NCBI GenBank assembly: GCA_028697725.1
Contig: JAQVEG010000001.1
Location: 167,516-231,515 of the forward strand
Direction: 5' to 3'
DNA length: 64,000 bases
Source: Anaerostipes sp.
GTDB taxonomy: Bacteria > Bacillota > Clostridia > Lachnospirales > Lachnospiraceae
Below the pieces are notes generated by a model, which was not told the origin of the DNA, ran no database searches, and saw only the letters and a program-made list of their open reading frames with translations. Both the position numbers and the translations under genes were made by a program. How positions within the stretch are numbered: position 1 is the first letter of the stretch; every line of letters starts with the position of its first letter. This document shows, one piece after another, positions 8,648-17,548 of the stretch.

Positions 8648-8748
8648 TTGTAAAAACAGTTAATAAATAGTATAATGTTTACAGATATGGTGAGAAAGGG
8701 GAAAATTTTATCAAGCTATAACCGTCCAGGTGCAACTGGGTGGTTTTA
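8648..8748 (+). ncRNA. Candidate ~65-nt small RNA with its own promoter and terminator
   Basis: TTGTAA-17-TATAAT (8648-8676), then a 10-bp hairpin AACCGTCCAG-gtgcaa-CTGGGTGGTT plus TT; no credible ORF. Confidence 0.5.
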
Positions 8749-8876
8749 CTATTTGACCATTTTGTTGAGGTCATCAAGATGGTTTTTATGTAACTTTATA
8801 AAGGGGTAGATATCGACTCTTTAAAATTGGGTATCCAGTTCATTCATATTATTCAGATTTATACTTTTGAGTTGTT

Positions 8877-9155
8877 TTAGCAAAAAAATTTATTTCATTA
8901 AAGTAAGTCAACCATTTATCTACAACTTCGTTGTTTCGTGCTTCAATAATTCTCATAATGTTTCGAAGTGTTTTTACTTGGAATCTTCGAGTTATTATTG
9001 CAGAGTAAACACTTCCCAGCTTTTGTTATCCAAATTTTCGTAGCATTAGAGGTTGGTTTTCCTTTTGCGACATATACGTGAATTGGTTCAAGAGGATCAT
9101 TTTTATTTGACCAAAAATAAATCCAGTAAGAACCAATTTTAAAAATTTGAGGCAT
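8877..9155 (-). pseudogene. DUF4160-like (HicA/DhiT-related) gene with a frameshift
   Basis: MPQIFKIGSYWIYFWSN..DPLEPIHVYV. After IPSK the frame gives NTSKHYENY*; removing one A of the A5 run (8971-8975) restores TLRNIMRIIEARNNEVVDKWLTYFNEINFF. Confidence 0.65.
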
Positions 9156-9411
9156 TTTCAAAACCCACTTCTTTTGAAAATTCAATTATCAGATGTGCAG
9201 TACTCTCCAATATCTCTTTGAATTTCTCAATTTCAGCATTCGAATATCCATAGACGTTTTCCCATGTGTAATCTGGAAGATAACAGGACGCGTGGTGAAA
9301 TCCGTCTTTTTCATTAGGTGTTTCAATATATACTTTTACTTTATTATCTGGTAGCATTTCAGAATGTGTAATTTCTGTCTCATCCGTAAGTGTCATGAAT
9401 GGATACATCAT
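9139..9411 (-). CDS. Small acidic hypothetical protein overlapping the DUF4160 gene (putative partner or antitoxin)
   Basis: ATG at 9411 after an AAGGAGGG RBS; 90 aa; its 3' end overlaps the DUF4160 start. Confidence 0.7.
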   Translation of the reverse strand: MMYPFMTLTDETEITHSEMLPDNKVKVYIETPNEKDGFHHASCYLPDYTWENVYGYSNAEIEKFKEILESTAHLIIEFSKEVGFENASNF

Positions 9412-9473
9412 AATTAGTCCCTCCTTTATATAAATACAATATTTTATAGTTCTATTATAACCAAAATTCAAAA

Positions 9474-9523
9474 GTTTTTTATCATATTCAATTAATAGTC
9501 ACTTTGCAGAGTGACTGTTTTTT
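9474..9523. repeat. Cassette repeat copy C (about 50 bp core, diverged extension to 9454)
   Basis: GTTTTTTATCATATTCAATTAATAGTCACTTTGCAGAGTGACTGTTTTTT; upstream ATTATAACC..AATT.AA aligns with ATTGTAACC..AATT.AA of copies B and D. Confidence 0.88.
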
Positions 9524-9542
9524 GTTTGTGATATCACAATTA

Positions 9543-10247
9543 TCATTTCTTTTCTTCTTTTAAAGATTCTTGATATCCAGCAACAATTATACCTGCTGGC
9601 AATGCAACAATAGCAATTCCTGCAAAGGAAGAAAGCATACTTATGAATCGTCCAATATCAGATAATGGATAGATGTCTCCATAGCCAACAGTTGTTAGTG
9701 AAACAGTAGACCAATAGATTGCCTTGAAAAATGTTCCGAAAGTTTTGGGTTCTACTTGGAAAGCAATTAGAGCAGTTGTAAAAATGTAAATTACTGCAAG
9801 AGCAAAAACTGTAATTAGTTGGTCTTTTTCATGCTTAAAAACATTTACTATAATATGTATATTTTTAGAATATCTAATAGCTTTGAATAATCTAAATGTC
9901 CGACATAGTCTAAGCATCTTTAATGCTTTAAAAGCTGAATTTATAGGAATAAAACTCGGTATAATTGCAAGTAAATCGATAAGAGCTATAGGTTTGAAAG
10001 GATATAAAAAATAAGAAATTACTCCACGCTTTTTTTCTTCATCAGCAGTTATAATTCGCAAAAAATAGTCCACTATAAAAATTGAAACTGTAATTTTATC
10101 GAGTAACAAAAAGATATGTGATTGTTTATAAAAGCATAAAGGAATTATACTTAAAATAATCGTAATCATCATAATGATATCATATATCTTACTGAGAACA
10201 TCATCATCTTTTGCAACTTCTATTATTTGATATATTCTATTTATCAT
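9543..10247 (-). CDS. 6-TM potassium channel-like ion transporter (prophage cargo)
   Basis: Selectivity filter TTVGYGD, S4-like LKMLRLCRTFRLFKAIR, multiple TM helices. Confidence 0.88.
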   Translation of the reverse strand: MINRIYQIIEVAKDDDVLSKIYDIIMMITIILSIIPLCFYKQSHIFLLLDKITVSIFIVDYFLRIITADEEKKRGVISYFLYPFKPIALIDLLAIIPSFIPINSAFKALKMLRLCRTFRLFKAIRYSKNIHIIVNVFKHEKDQLITVFALAVIYIFTTALIAFQVEPKTFGTFFKAIYWSTVSLTTVGYGDIYPLSDIGRFISMLSSFAGIAIVALPAGIIVAGYQESLKEEKK

Positions 10248-10259
10248 TTTAGACCTCGT

Positions 10260-10332
10260 TTTATTGTAACCTTAATTTAATCAGTTTTTTATCATATTCA
10301 ATCAATAGTCACTTTGCAGAGTGGCTGTTTTT
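10260..10332. repeat. Cassette repeat copy D (73 bp)
   Basis: Near-identical to 8087-8159; lies between cI and the K+ channel gene. Confidence 0.92.
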
Positions 10333-10339
10333 AGGGTTT

Positions 10340-10732
10340 TTAATCCACCCCGCTCCTTTTCATGCGTATCAGCATGTCGTGTACCAGTTTTAAGTCCTCG
10401 GGTGATACGTCTTTGCCTGCATCAAATAGAAGTCGTAATTCTTTATTCTCAAATATCTCTTGTGCAATTTTTTTTGTTTCTTTGTTTAAGTAATATGTTG
10501 ATTGTTCTTGTTCTCCTTTATCTTCCATTAAGTCAGACCTATTTATAGAAAAATAATCACATATCATATCAATTTTTTTCATTCGTGGAGTTTTTTCTCC
10601 CCTGCACCAATTAGAAACTGTTGTTTGTGTGACACCTAAATAATCTGCCAAATCCGACTGATTTTTTCCATGAGTTTTTAGCAGCTCAGTAATATTTTTT
10701 GCAATTATTTTATTCAGTTCTTTTTCAGACAT
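10340..10732 (-). CDS. XRE-family HTH phage repressor (cI-like)
   Basis: HTH QSDLADYLGVTQTTVSNWCRGEKTP; sits at the far end of an int-linked module. Confidence 0.85.
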   Translation of the reverse strand: MSEKELNKIIAKNITELLKTHGKNQSDLADYLGVTQTTVSNWCRGEKTPRMKKIDMICDYFSINRSDLMEDKGEQEQSTYYLNKETKKIAQEIFENKELRLLFDAGKDVSPEDLKLVHDMLIRMKRSGVD

Positions 10733-10734
10733 TC

Positions 10735-10816
10735 ATATCACTTCCTTTTTTCTCTTATAATGTAATTATATAACAAAAGTTATAATGAATCAAGAAAATA
10801 TAACATTAAGTGATAT
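10735..10816. promoter_or_regulatory. Truncated phage genetic-switch region with operator-like palindromes
   Basis: TATAAC-AAAA-GTTATA (10769-10784), ATAACATTAAGTGATAT, and the inverted pair ATATCACTT / AAGTGATAT. Confidence 0.5.
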
Positions 10817-10931
10817 GCGATTATAAAGGCTACCTTGGAACTAGAAATGTGACTGAAACCATAGATTATATTAATAAAATCAAGTATAATGGAGAAAAGT
10901 GGTTGCTTGATGGCTTTATAAAAGGTGTTGA

Positions 10932-11151
10932 TATGATGTTAAATATGAGAGAAAAAGATATAAATTTTATTCAAAATAATTTGGATAATGCTGAAAAGCT
11001 TCTAGCTACAAAAGAAGTTAATGATATATTGGATGCTTTGTATGATTGGATTGAAGACAATGGTTATTCTGCTGAAAGCGAATACCTTGAATACAATGAT
11101 TTGGGTCGAGAGGCTCAAGATGTATATGACAGTGTGTATGCTAGAAATTAA
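10932..11151 (+). CDS. Small acidic phage-type hypothetical protein
   Basis: Probable ATG near 10932 after AAAGGTG, inside ORF 10810-11151; acidic helical sequence; followed by a terminator-like hairpin at about 11203-11235. Start uncertain. Confidence 0.5.
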
Positions 11152-11335
11152 TGAAAAAATACAATGCAGTAAAAAGAATTAAAGAAGTAACATCTGGGTT
11201 ATAAACCACTGGCAGACAGTTGTCGGTGGTATTTTTATACGCATTTTTAAGAAAGGAGCAGTTAAAGGGGAGTTTTTTGCTGGCACACCAGTGTCTCTAT
11301 GCTATAATAATTATAGGAGAAAGAGGAGGAATAAA

Positions 11336-12544
11336 ATGACAGAAAGGGTAATATTTCACATTGATGTTAATTCTGCATTTTTAAGCTGGGAGGCAGTCTA
11401 TGGGATGAAAGAACGTGGAGATATTGTGGATTTACGGGAAGCCCCCTCTATTATAGGCGGCGATGAGGCAACGAGGCATGGAATCGTGCTGGCTGCTTCT
11501 ATGCCAGCTAAGCGACTGGGAATTCGAACGGCAGAAACCATTCGAGAAGCACTTGTCAAATGTCCAAACTTAATCATAAAACCACCAATGCGTCCATTGT
11601 ATGAAAAATATTCCAAGGCTTTTGTGAAAGAAGCGTTGGAATATTCTAATGTTTACGAACAATTTAGCATTGATGAAATATTTTTAGATATGACAGGGAA
11701 AATCGAATTAGGAAAGACTCCAGTGGAAACAGCATACAAGCTAAAGGATCAAATTCAAAATAAATTAGGATTTACAGTGAACATTGGTATTTCGTCAAAT
11801 AAACTACTTGCCAAAATGGCATCAGATTTTGAAAAGCCAAATCGGGTACATACATTATTTTTAGATGAAATCAGAGAGAAAATGTGGCCGTTGAAAGTAG
11901 GTGACTTATTTTCTGTTGGAAAATCAACGGGAAAGAAATTAGAAGTGTTAGGGATTCATACCATTGGAGATTTAGCACAGATGGATTTGAAACTGCTACA
12001 GTCACATATAGGAAAGAAGCATGGGAGAAGAATTCACCAGTTTGCCAATGGAATTGATGATAGTAAAGTGGAATCAAGAGGGGATATAAATAAAGGATAT
12101 GGGCATAGTATTACATTATCAAGGGATATTTCAAATGAAAATGAGGCTGGAGTGGTGCTTTTGTCCTTGGTAGAGAAAGTTGCTGCAAGGCTCCGGAGAG
12201 ATCAAGTGAAAGGTGACTGCGTGGTTGTGGAACTTCGCGACAAGGATTTTCATAGGTATACGCATCAAAGAAAGTTAGATGTACCCACAGATATTACCGA
12301 TGAAATTATGAAAACAGCAAGGGAATTGTTTCTAGAATGTTACAAAGGAACACCGGTTAGACTTCTGGGTGTACGTGTCACAGGAATATCAAAAGAAGAA
12401 TATTCTCAAATGGGATTATTCGATAATGAAAAGAAAGAAAAACTCCGAAAGCTTGATGCATCCTTGGATAGAATAAGGCAACGATATGGAAATGATTCCA
12501 TTCAGCGAGGAAGTATATTTTTGCAAAGCGGGAAAGAAGAGTGA
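11336..12544 (+). CDS. dinB: DNA polymerase IV (Y family)
   Basis: FHIDVNSAF, SIDE catalytic motif, SNKLLAKMASDFEKP, C-terminal little finger domain; GGAGG RBS before ATG 11336. Confidence 0.93.
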   Translation: MTERVIFHIDVNSAFLSWEAVYGMKERGDIVDLREAPSIIGGDEATRHGIVLAASMPAKRLGIRTAETIREALVKCPNLIIKPPMRPLYEKYSKAFVKEALEYSNVYEQFSIDEIFLDMTGKIELGKTPVETAYKLKDQIQNKLGFTVNIGISSNKLLAKMASDFEKPNRVHTLFLDEIREKMWPLKVGDLFSVGKSTGKKLEVLGIHTIGDLAQMDLKLLQSHIGKKHGRRIHQFANGIDDSKVESRGDINKGYGHSITLSRDISNENEAGVVLLSLVEKVAARLRRDQVKGDCVVVELRDKDFHRYTHQRKLDVPTDITDEIMKTARELFLECYKGTPVRLLGVRVTGISKEEYSQMGLFDNEKKEKLRKLDASLDRIRQRYGNDSIQRGSIFLQSGKEE

Positions 12545-12669
12545 ATTAACTAAAAACTCTGAATTTTCTAAATATTACGAATTTGTTACAAAAAACACTT
12601 GATTCTTTACAGAAATGTTGGTATACTCAATCTTGTAGTCAATAAAAGAAAAAATACCTGGAGGATAAC

Positions 12670-13365
12670 ATGCGAACAAGAGTTAAGAATTTAATCGTAG
12701 TAAGCTTATCATTATTAATGGTTTTTGGAATATTATTTCAATCAGTGCCAGTACAAGCAGCGGAAACTGAGAATGAATTAAACGTAGTGTATTACAATCA
12801 AGGAGATTATCCTGATAGTAAGATTGGAACAAGTACAATTAAAGCAGCAGGATGTGGACCCGTTTGTGTCGCTGTCTGCTATAGTTCTTTAACAGGAAAG
12901 AAGGTCAGCATTCCTAAGATATGTAAGTTAGCATATAAAAAGGGATGGTATATCAATGGAGCAGGATGCACGCACTATGTAATTCCTGGACTAAGTAAGG
13001 AATATGGATTAAAAAGCAAGGGACTAGGAACCAATATGAATGCAATTAAGAAAGCATTAAAAGCTGGACATCCAGTGGTAGCCTTAATGGGTCCTGGAGA
13101 TTTTACAGGGAGTGGACATTTTATTGTTGTTACAAAACTTGTTGGGAATAATAGGGTTGAAGTTGCAGACGTGGGAAGCCGAGCAAGAACTGCACAGACA
13201 TGGTCTTTAAAGAAGATTGTAAAACAAAGCAAAGATTATGCAGATGCAGGTGGGCCTTTCTGGGAGATTTCACTTCCATTTAAAGAAAAAGAATCCATTA
13301 ACAATGGAATGATATCTACAGAAAAGACAGTGGATATCAAAGCAATTGCAAAAGTAGAAGATTAA
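12670..13365 (+). CDS. Secreted C39-like cysteine peptidase
   Basis: Signal peptide (...VPVQA), YYNQ, GCGP, GHFIV and ADVGS giving a Cys-His-Asp triad. Confidence 0.8.
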   Translation: MRTRVKNLIVVSLSLLMVFGILFQSVPVQAAETENELNVVYYNQGDYPDSKIGTSTIKAAGCGPVCVAVCYSSLTGKKVSIPKICKLAYKKGWYINGAGCTHYVIPGLSKEYGLKSKGLGTNMNAIKKALKAGHPVVALMGPGDFTGSGHFIVVTKLVGNNRVEVADVGSRARTAQTWSLKKIVKQSKDYADAGGPFWEISLPFKEKESINNGMISTEKTVDIKAIAKVED

Positions 13366-13375
13366 TATAGTATTT

Positions 13376-13410
13376 AAGGCAGTTCATTTTGATATGAACT
13401 GTCTTTTTTT
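13376..13410 (+). terminator. Rho-independent terminator
   Basis: AAGGCAGTTCAT ... ATGAACTGTCTT plus a T-run. Confidence 0.8.
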
Positions 13411-13571
13411 GACAAGAAACTTCATAATTAGTTATTTTATATAATAAATATATAAATATATAAAAATAATTATGTAAAATGTATAAATAATTATTAACAA
13501 AATTATTTCTATATGGTACAATTGTAACAAGGACATAATTGTTACAGAATACTAATTAGGAGGTATGGGAC

Positions 13572-16202
13572 ATGTCAACAAAATGGGTTTATCAATTTAG
13601 TGAAGGTAATGCAGAGATGAGAAACCTTCTTGGTGGAAAAGGAGCCAACTTGGCGGAGATGACTGGATTAGGACTACCAATTCCACAGGGATTTACAGTT
13701 ACTACAGAGGCTTGTACAAATTATTATGATTGTGGGAAGCAAATCAGCGATGAGGTGCAAAAACAGATTAATAAGTACATGAGCGAGTTAGAAGAGATTC
13801 AAGGAAAGAAGTTCGGAGATTTAAACGATCCTTTGCTAGTTTCAGTTCGTTCTGGTGCAAGAGTATCAATGCCAGGAATGATGGATACGATTCTAAATTT
13901 GGGATTGAATGATGTTGCAGTTGAGGGATTTGCAAAGAAAACAGGAAATCCTCGTTTTGCATATGATTCTTATCGTAGATTCATTCAGATGTTTTCAGAC
14001 GTTGTAAAAGAAATCGACAAAGATAAATTTGAACATGCTTTGGATAAGTTAAAGAAAACAAAAGGTGCAAAGTATGATACGGATTTAACAGCAGAAGATT
14101 TAAAAGAGTTGATTGAAAGGTATAAAAAGATCTATAAGAAGGAATTAGGAGAGGAATTCCCTCAAGAACCAAAAGAACAATTGTTAGAAGCAATTAAAGC
14201 AGTATTTAGATCATGGGATAATCCAAGAGCTATTTACTATAGAAGAATGAATGATATTCCAGGAGACTGGGGAACAGCTGTTAATGTTCAAACCATGGTA
14301 TTTGGTAATATGGGTGATACTTCTGGAACAGGAGTTGCATTTACAAGAAATCCTTCCACAGGTGAGAAGCATATTTACGGAGAGTATTTGATTAATGCTC
14401 AAGGAGAAGATGTAGTTGCTGGAGTTCGTACTCCTTTGCCAATTACAAAATTAAAAGAAGATTTGCCAAAGTGTTATGAGCAGTTTATGGAGATTGCCAC
14501 AACACTTGAGAATCACTACAGAGATATGCAGGATATGGAATTTACAATTCAAGAAGGAAAGTTATATTTCCTACAAACAAGAAATGGAAAGAGAACTGCT
14601 CCAGCAGCACTTCGCATTGCTTGTGAATTAGTAGATGAGAAGATGATTACAAAAGAAGAGGCTGTTTCAAGAATCGAAGCAAAAGCATTAGATCAATTGT
14701 TACATCCAAACTTTGATCCAGAAGCGATTAAGGCAGCAGTTGAGATTGGATCTGCGCTTCCTGCATCTCCAGGAGCTGCAGCAGGTAAGGTTTATTTTAC
14801 AGCTGATAGTGCAAAACTTCATCATGAAGCAGGTGAGAATGTTATCTTAGTTCGTTTAGAAACATCACCAGAAGATATTGAAGGAATGCATGCAGCAGAA
14901 GGTATTCTAACAGCTCGTGGTGGTATGACAAGTCATGCAGCCGTTGTTGCTCGTGGAATGGGTACTGCTTGTGTTGCTGGATGTGGAGATATTTCAATCA
15001 ATGAAGCAAAAGGAAACTTTACATTAGGTGGAAAGACAATTCGTGAGGGAGATTATATTTCTTTAGATGGATCTACAGGTAAGATTTATCTTGGAGAAGT
15101 TCGTACAATTCCTGCAAGCATTAGTGGTAATTTTGACCGCATTATGACATGGGCGGATGAGATTCGTGACTTACAAGTTCGTACCAATGCAGATACACCA
15201 GCAGATGCATTAAATGCAGTTAGATTTGGAGCTCAAGGAATTGGACTTTGTCGTACAGAGCATATGTTCTTTGATCCAGAGAGAATTCCAAAGATTCGTC
15301 GTATGATTCTTTCTAAGACAACAGAAGCTAGAGAGATTGCATTGAATCAATTGATTCCTTATCAAAAGAAAGATTTTAAAGAATTATATGAAGTTATGGA
15401 AGGAAAACCGGTTACTATCCGTTTCTTAGATCCACCACTACATGAATTCTTACCTACATCTGCCGAAGATATTTCAGCACTTGCAGCAGATATGGGAGTT
15501 ACAGTAGAAGAGATTAATATTCGTCGTGCAGGTTTACATGAATTTAACCCTATGATGGGACATCGTGGATGCCGTCTTGCAGTTACATATCCTGAAATTG
15601 CAAAGATGCAGACAAGAGCCGTTATGGAAGCTGCAATTGAAGTAAAACAAGAAAAAGGGTATGATATTGTACCAGAAATCATGATTCCATTAGTAGGAGA
15701 AAAGAAAGAATTAGCGTTCGTAAAAGAAGTTGTTGTTGCAACTGCTGAGAAAGTTAAAGATTACTATGAATCAGATATTGAATATAAGATTGGAACAATG
15801 ATTGAGATTCCACGAGCTGCTCTTTTAGCAAATGAAATCGCAGAAGAAGCTGAGTTCTTCTCATTTGGTACAAATGATTTAACTCAGATGACATTTGGTT
15901 TCTCTCGTGATGATGCTGGTAAGTTCTTAGATTCATACTATGATAATAAGATTTATGAGTCAGATCCATTTGCAAGATTGGATCAAAGCGGTGTTGGACA
16001 ATTAATTGACATGGCAGCGAAAAAAGGACGTTCTGCACGCCCAGATATTCACTTAGGTATTTGTGGAGAACATGGAGGAGATCCATCTTCTGTAGAATTC
16101 TGCCATAGAGTTGGACTAAATTATGTATCTTGTAGTCCATTTAGAGTACCAATCGCAAGATTAGCGGCAGCACAAGCTGCATTAGCTTATCCAAGAAAAT
16201 AA
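13572..16202 (+). CDS. ppdK: Pyruvate, phosphate dikinase
   Basis: LLGGKGANL, VSVRSGARVSMPGMMDT, phospho-His TSHAAVVAR, FSFGTNDL, ICGEHGG; 876 aa. Confidence 0.97.
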   Translation: MSTKWVYQFSEGNAEMRNLLGGKGANLAEMTGLGLPIPQGFTVTTEACTNYYDCGKQISDEVQKQINKYMSELEEIQGKKFGDLNDPLLVSVRSGARVSMPGMMDTILNLGLNDVAVEGFAKKTGNPRFAYDSYRRFIQMFSDVVKEIDKDKFEHALDKLKKTKGAKYDTDLTAEDLKELIERYKKIYKKELGEEFPQEPKEQLLEAIKAVFRSWDNPRAIYYRRMNDIPGDWGTAVNVQTMVFGNMGDTSGTGVAFTRNPSTGEKHIYGEYLINAQGEDVVAGVRTPLPITKLKEDLPKCYEQFMEIATTLENHYRDMQDMEFTIQEGKLYFLQTRNGKRTAPAALRIACELVDEKMITKEEAVSRIEAKALDQLLHPNFDPEAIKAAVEIGSALPASPGAAAGKVYFTADSAKLHHEAGENVILVRLETSPEDIEGMHAAEGILTARGGMTSHAAVVARGMGTACVAGCGDISINEAKGNFTLGGKTIREGDYISLDGSTGKIYLGEVRTIPASISGNFDRIMTWADEIRDLQVRTNADTPADALNAVRFGAQGIGLCRTEHMFFDPERIPKIRRMILSKTTEAREIALNQLIPYQKKDFKELYEVMEGKPVTIRFLDPPLHEFLPTSAEDISALAADMGVTVEEINIRRAGLHEFNPMMGHRGCRLAVTYPEIAKMQTRAVMEAAIEVKQEKGYDIVPEIMIPLVGEKKELAFVKEVVVATAEKVKDYYESDIEYKIGTMIEIPRAALLANEIAEEAEFFSFGTNDLTQMTFGFSRDDAGKFLDSYYDNKIYESDPFARLDQSGVGQLIDMAAKKGRSARPDIHLGICGEHGGDPSSVEFCHRVGLNYVSCSPFRVPIARLAAAQAALAYPRK

Positions 16203-16404
16203 GTAATTTATAGATAGGTATGTGTGATAAATCCAGGGAAGGTCTTTTAAGGCTGACCCTGGTTTTTTATTCTTTATTTTACAGATTTTCATAGGTTTTG
16301 TCTCTGTAGTAATGTTAAGTTTTACCTATGAATTCAATATAAAATAAGATATAATAAAGAAAGCAGACAGGAGATAAGAAATTGTGTTTAAGAGGAGTGA
16401 GAAC

Positions 16405-17505
16405 ATGATAAAGACACTTCAAAGATATAAAAGAGAACGAGAGGCATACTTTATAGATGGGGAGGAAGAGATAAGGAAAACCAATCTGAAAACACTGTTT
16501 CAAATAACAGGGGGTACAGTTGTATTTATATGCTTATTAATGGCAATTACACCATTTATTATAGAGGGATGGATGCCTACTTTGACACATATATTACTAG
16601 TTCCAGTAACCGTTGTTTTCTTTTTTATATCATTTATGTGCCTACGAAGTAAAAATATATCAAAATATGTTGTGGACGGAGTGTGTCTTACGTTTATTGC
16701 ATGTATTTTTATCTTTGTAATTCAGTTGGATATATTTCAATATACCAATGCACCGGGTTCATTTATGGAGGCAGTGTTATTAATTGTTCCAACTTTATTT
16801 ATATTTCGATTTCATATTATATATTTAGAGAGTATTTTCTTTGAAATTGTATATGTAACGTGTACATTTTTAGTAAAGAGTAATAAAGTAGCTAATTCAG
16901 ATGTGTTTAATTCAATTGTTGGATTACTTTTATCTGTTATTGTAGCTTATATCATACAGCGTCTTCGTGCAGAAGCCTATCATGCACAGAACAAATATCG
17001 AAAGCTGAGCATGACAGATGGACTAACTGGAATTATGAATAAAGTCAATTGTGAGCATTTTGTAAAGCAGTATTTAAAGGAACGAATTCCATTAGATAAT
17101 TGTGCATTGCTAATTGTTGATATTGATAACTTTAAAAATATCAATGATTCTATGGGACACAAGATGGGAGATCATATTCTAAGTGCCATTGGAAATACAT
17201 TGAATCGTTATTTCCGAAGTACGGATATATTAGGCCGAATTGGTGGAGACGAATTTATGATTTTGATGCGAGGGATTCCTAGTCAAGAGATTGTAGAGGA
17301 TAAGTGTGAGAGAATTCTTGGTTTAATTGTGGAATTGTCAGAGGAATTTCAAGTGGATCTTTCATGCAGTATAGGAGTTGGTCTTTTAGAAGGAGAAGAT
17401 GTGGAATATGAGGAGATATTCCAAGTGGCAGATGATGCTTTATATGAGGCTAAGGCATCGGGAAAAGCAAGGTATGTCATACATCATGTGAATGAAAATA
17501 TTTAG
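16405..17505 (+). CDS. Membrane-bound diguanylate cyclase (GGDEF)
   Basis: Several N-terminal TM helices; DGLTG, DIDNFK, intact GGDEF with an RxxD I-site (RSTD). Confidence 0.9.
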   Translation: MIKTLQRYKREREAYFIDGEEEIRKTNLKTLFQITGGTVVFICLLMAITPFIIEGWMPTLTHILLVPVTVVFFFISFMCLRSKNISKYVVDGVCLTFIACIFIFVIQLDIFQYTNAPGSFMEAVLLIVPTLFIFRFHIIYLESIFFEIVYVTCTFLVKSNKVANSDVFNSIVGLLLSVIVAYIIQRLRAEAYHAQNKYRKLSMTDGLTGIMNKVNCEHFVKQYLKERIPLDNCALLIVDIDNFKNINDSMGHKMGDHILSAIGNTLNRYFRSTDILGRIGGDEFMILMRGIPSQEIVEDKCERILGLIVELSEEFQVDLSCSIGVGLLEGEDVEYEEIFQVADDALYEAKASGKARYVIHHVNENI

Positions 17506-17548
17506 TTACATACAGATGGAGCGAGAAAAATAGAAGCAAGGAGTAGAT

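Larger units (their letters stand above)
4430..11260. mobile_element. Decayed prophage (lysogeny module plus cargo cassettes) integrated at tRNA-Glu
   Basis: Tyrosine integrase abuts the tRNA 3' end; co-oriented cargo genes and an XRE repressor follow; AT-rich by eye. No structural or replication genes and no attR duplicate seen; right boundary approximate. Confidence 0.75.

Noticed and set aside
8686-8808. 40-codon ORF MVRKGKILSSYNRPGATGWFYYLTILLRSSRWFLCNFIKG as a type I toxin
   Set aside because: No RBS upstream of its ATG, it runs through the terminator hairpin, and its hydrophobic segment is weak.
5854-10332. Repeats as a CRISPR array or integron attC sites
   Set aside because: Spacing is irregular (0.8-2.2 kb) with whole genes in between, there are no cas genes, the integrase is phage-type, and no attC R/L box structure is evident.
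11150-11290. attR duplicate of the tRNA-Glu 3' end
   Set aside because: No match to the tRNA 3' half was found by eye here or elsewhere in the window, so the right boundary is approximate.
13430-13550. Rex or other operator upstream of ppdK (TGTAACA-N10-TGTTACA; TTAACAA half-site)
   Set aside because: Spacing does not fit the Rex consensus and the region is extremely AT-rich, so it cannot be assigned.
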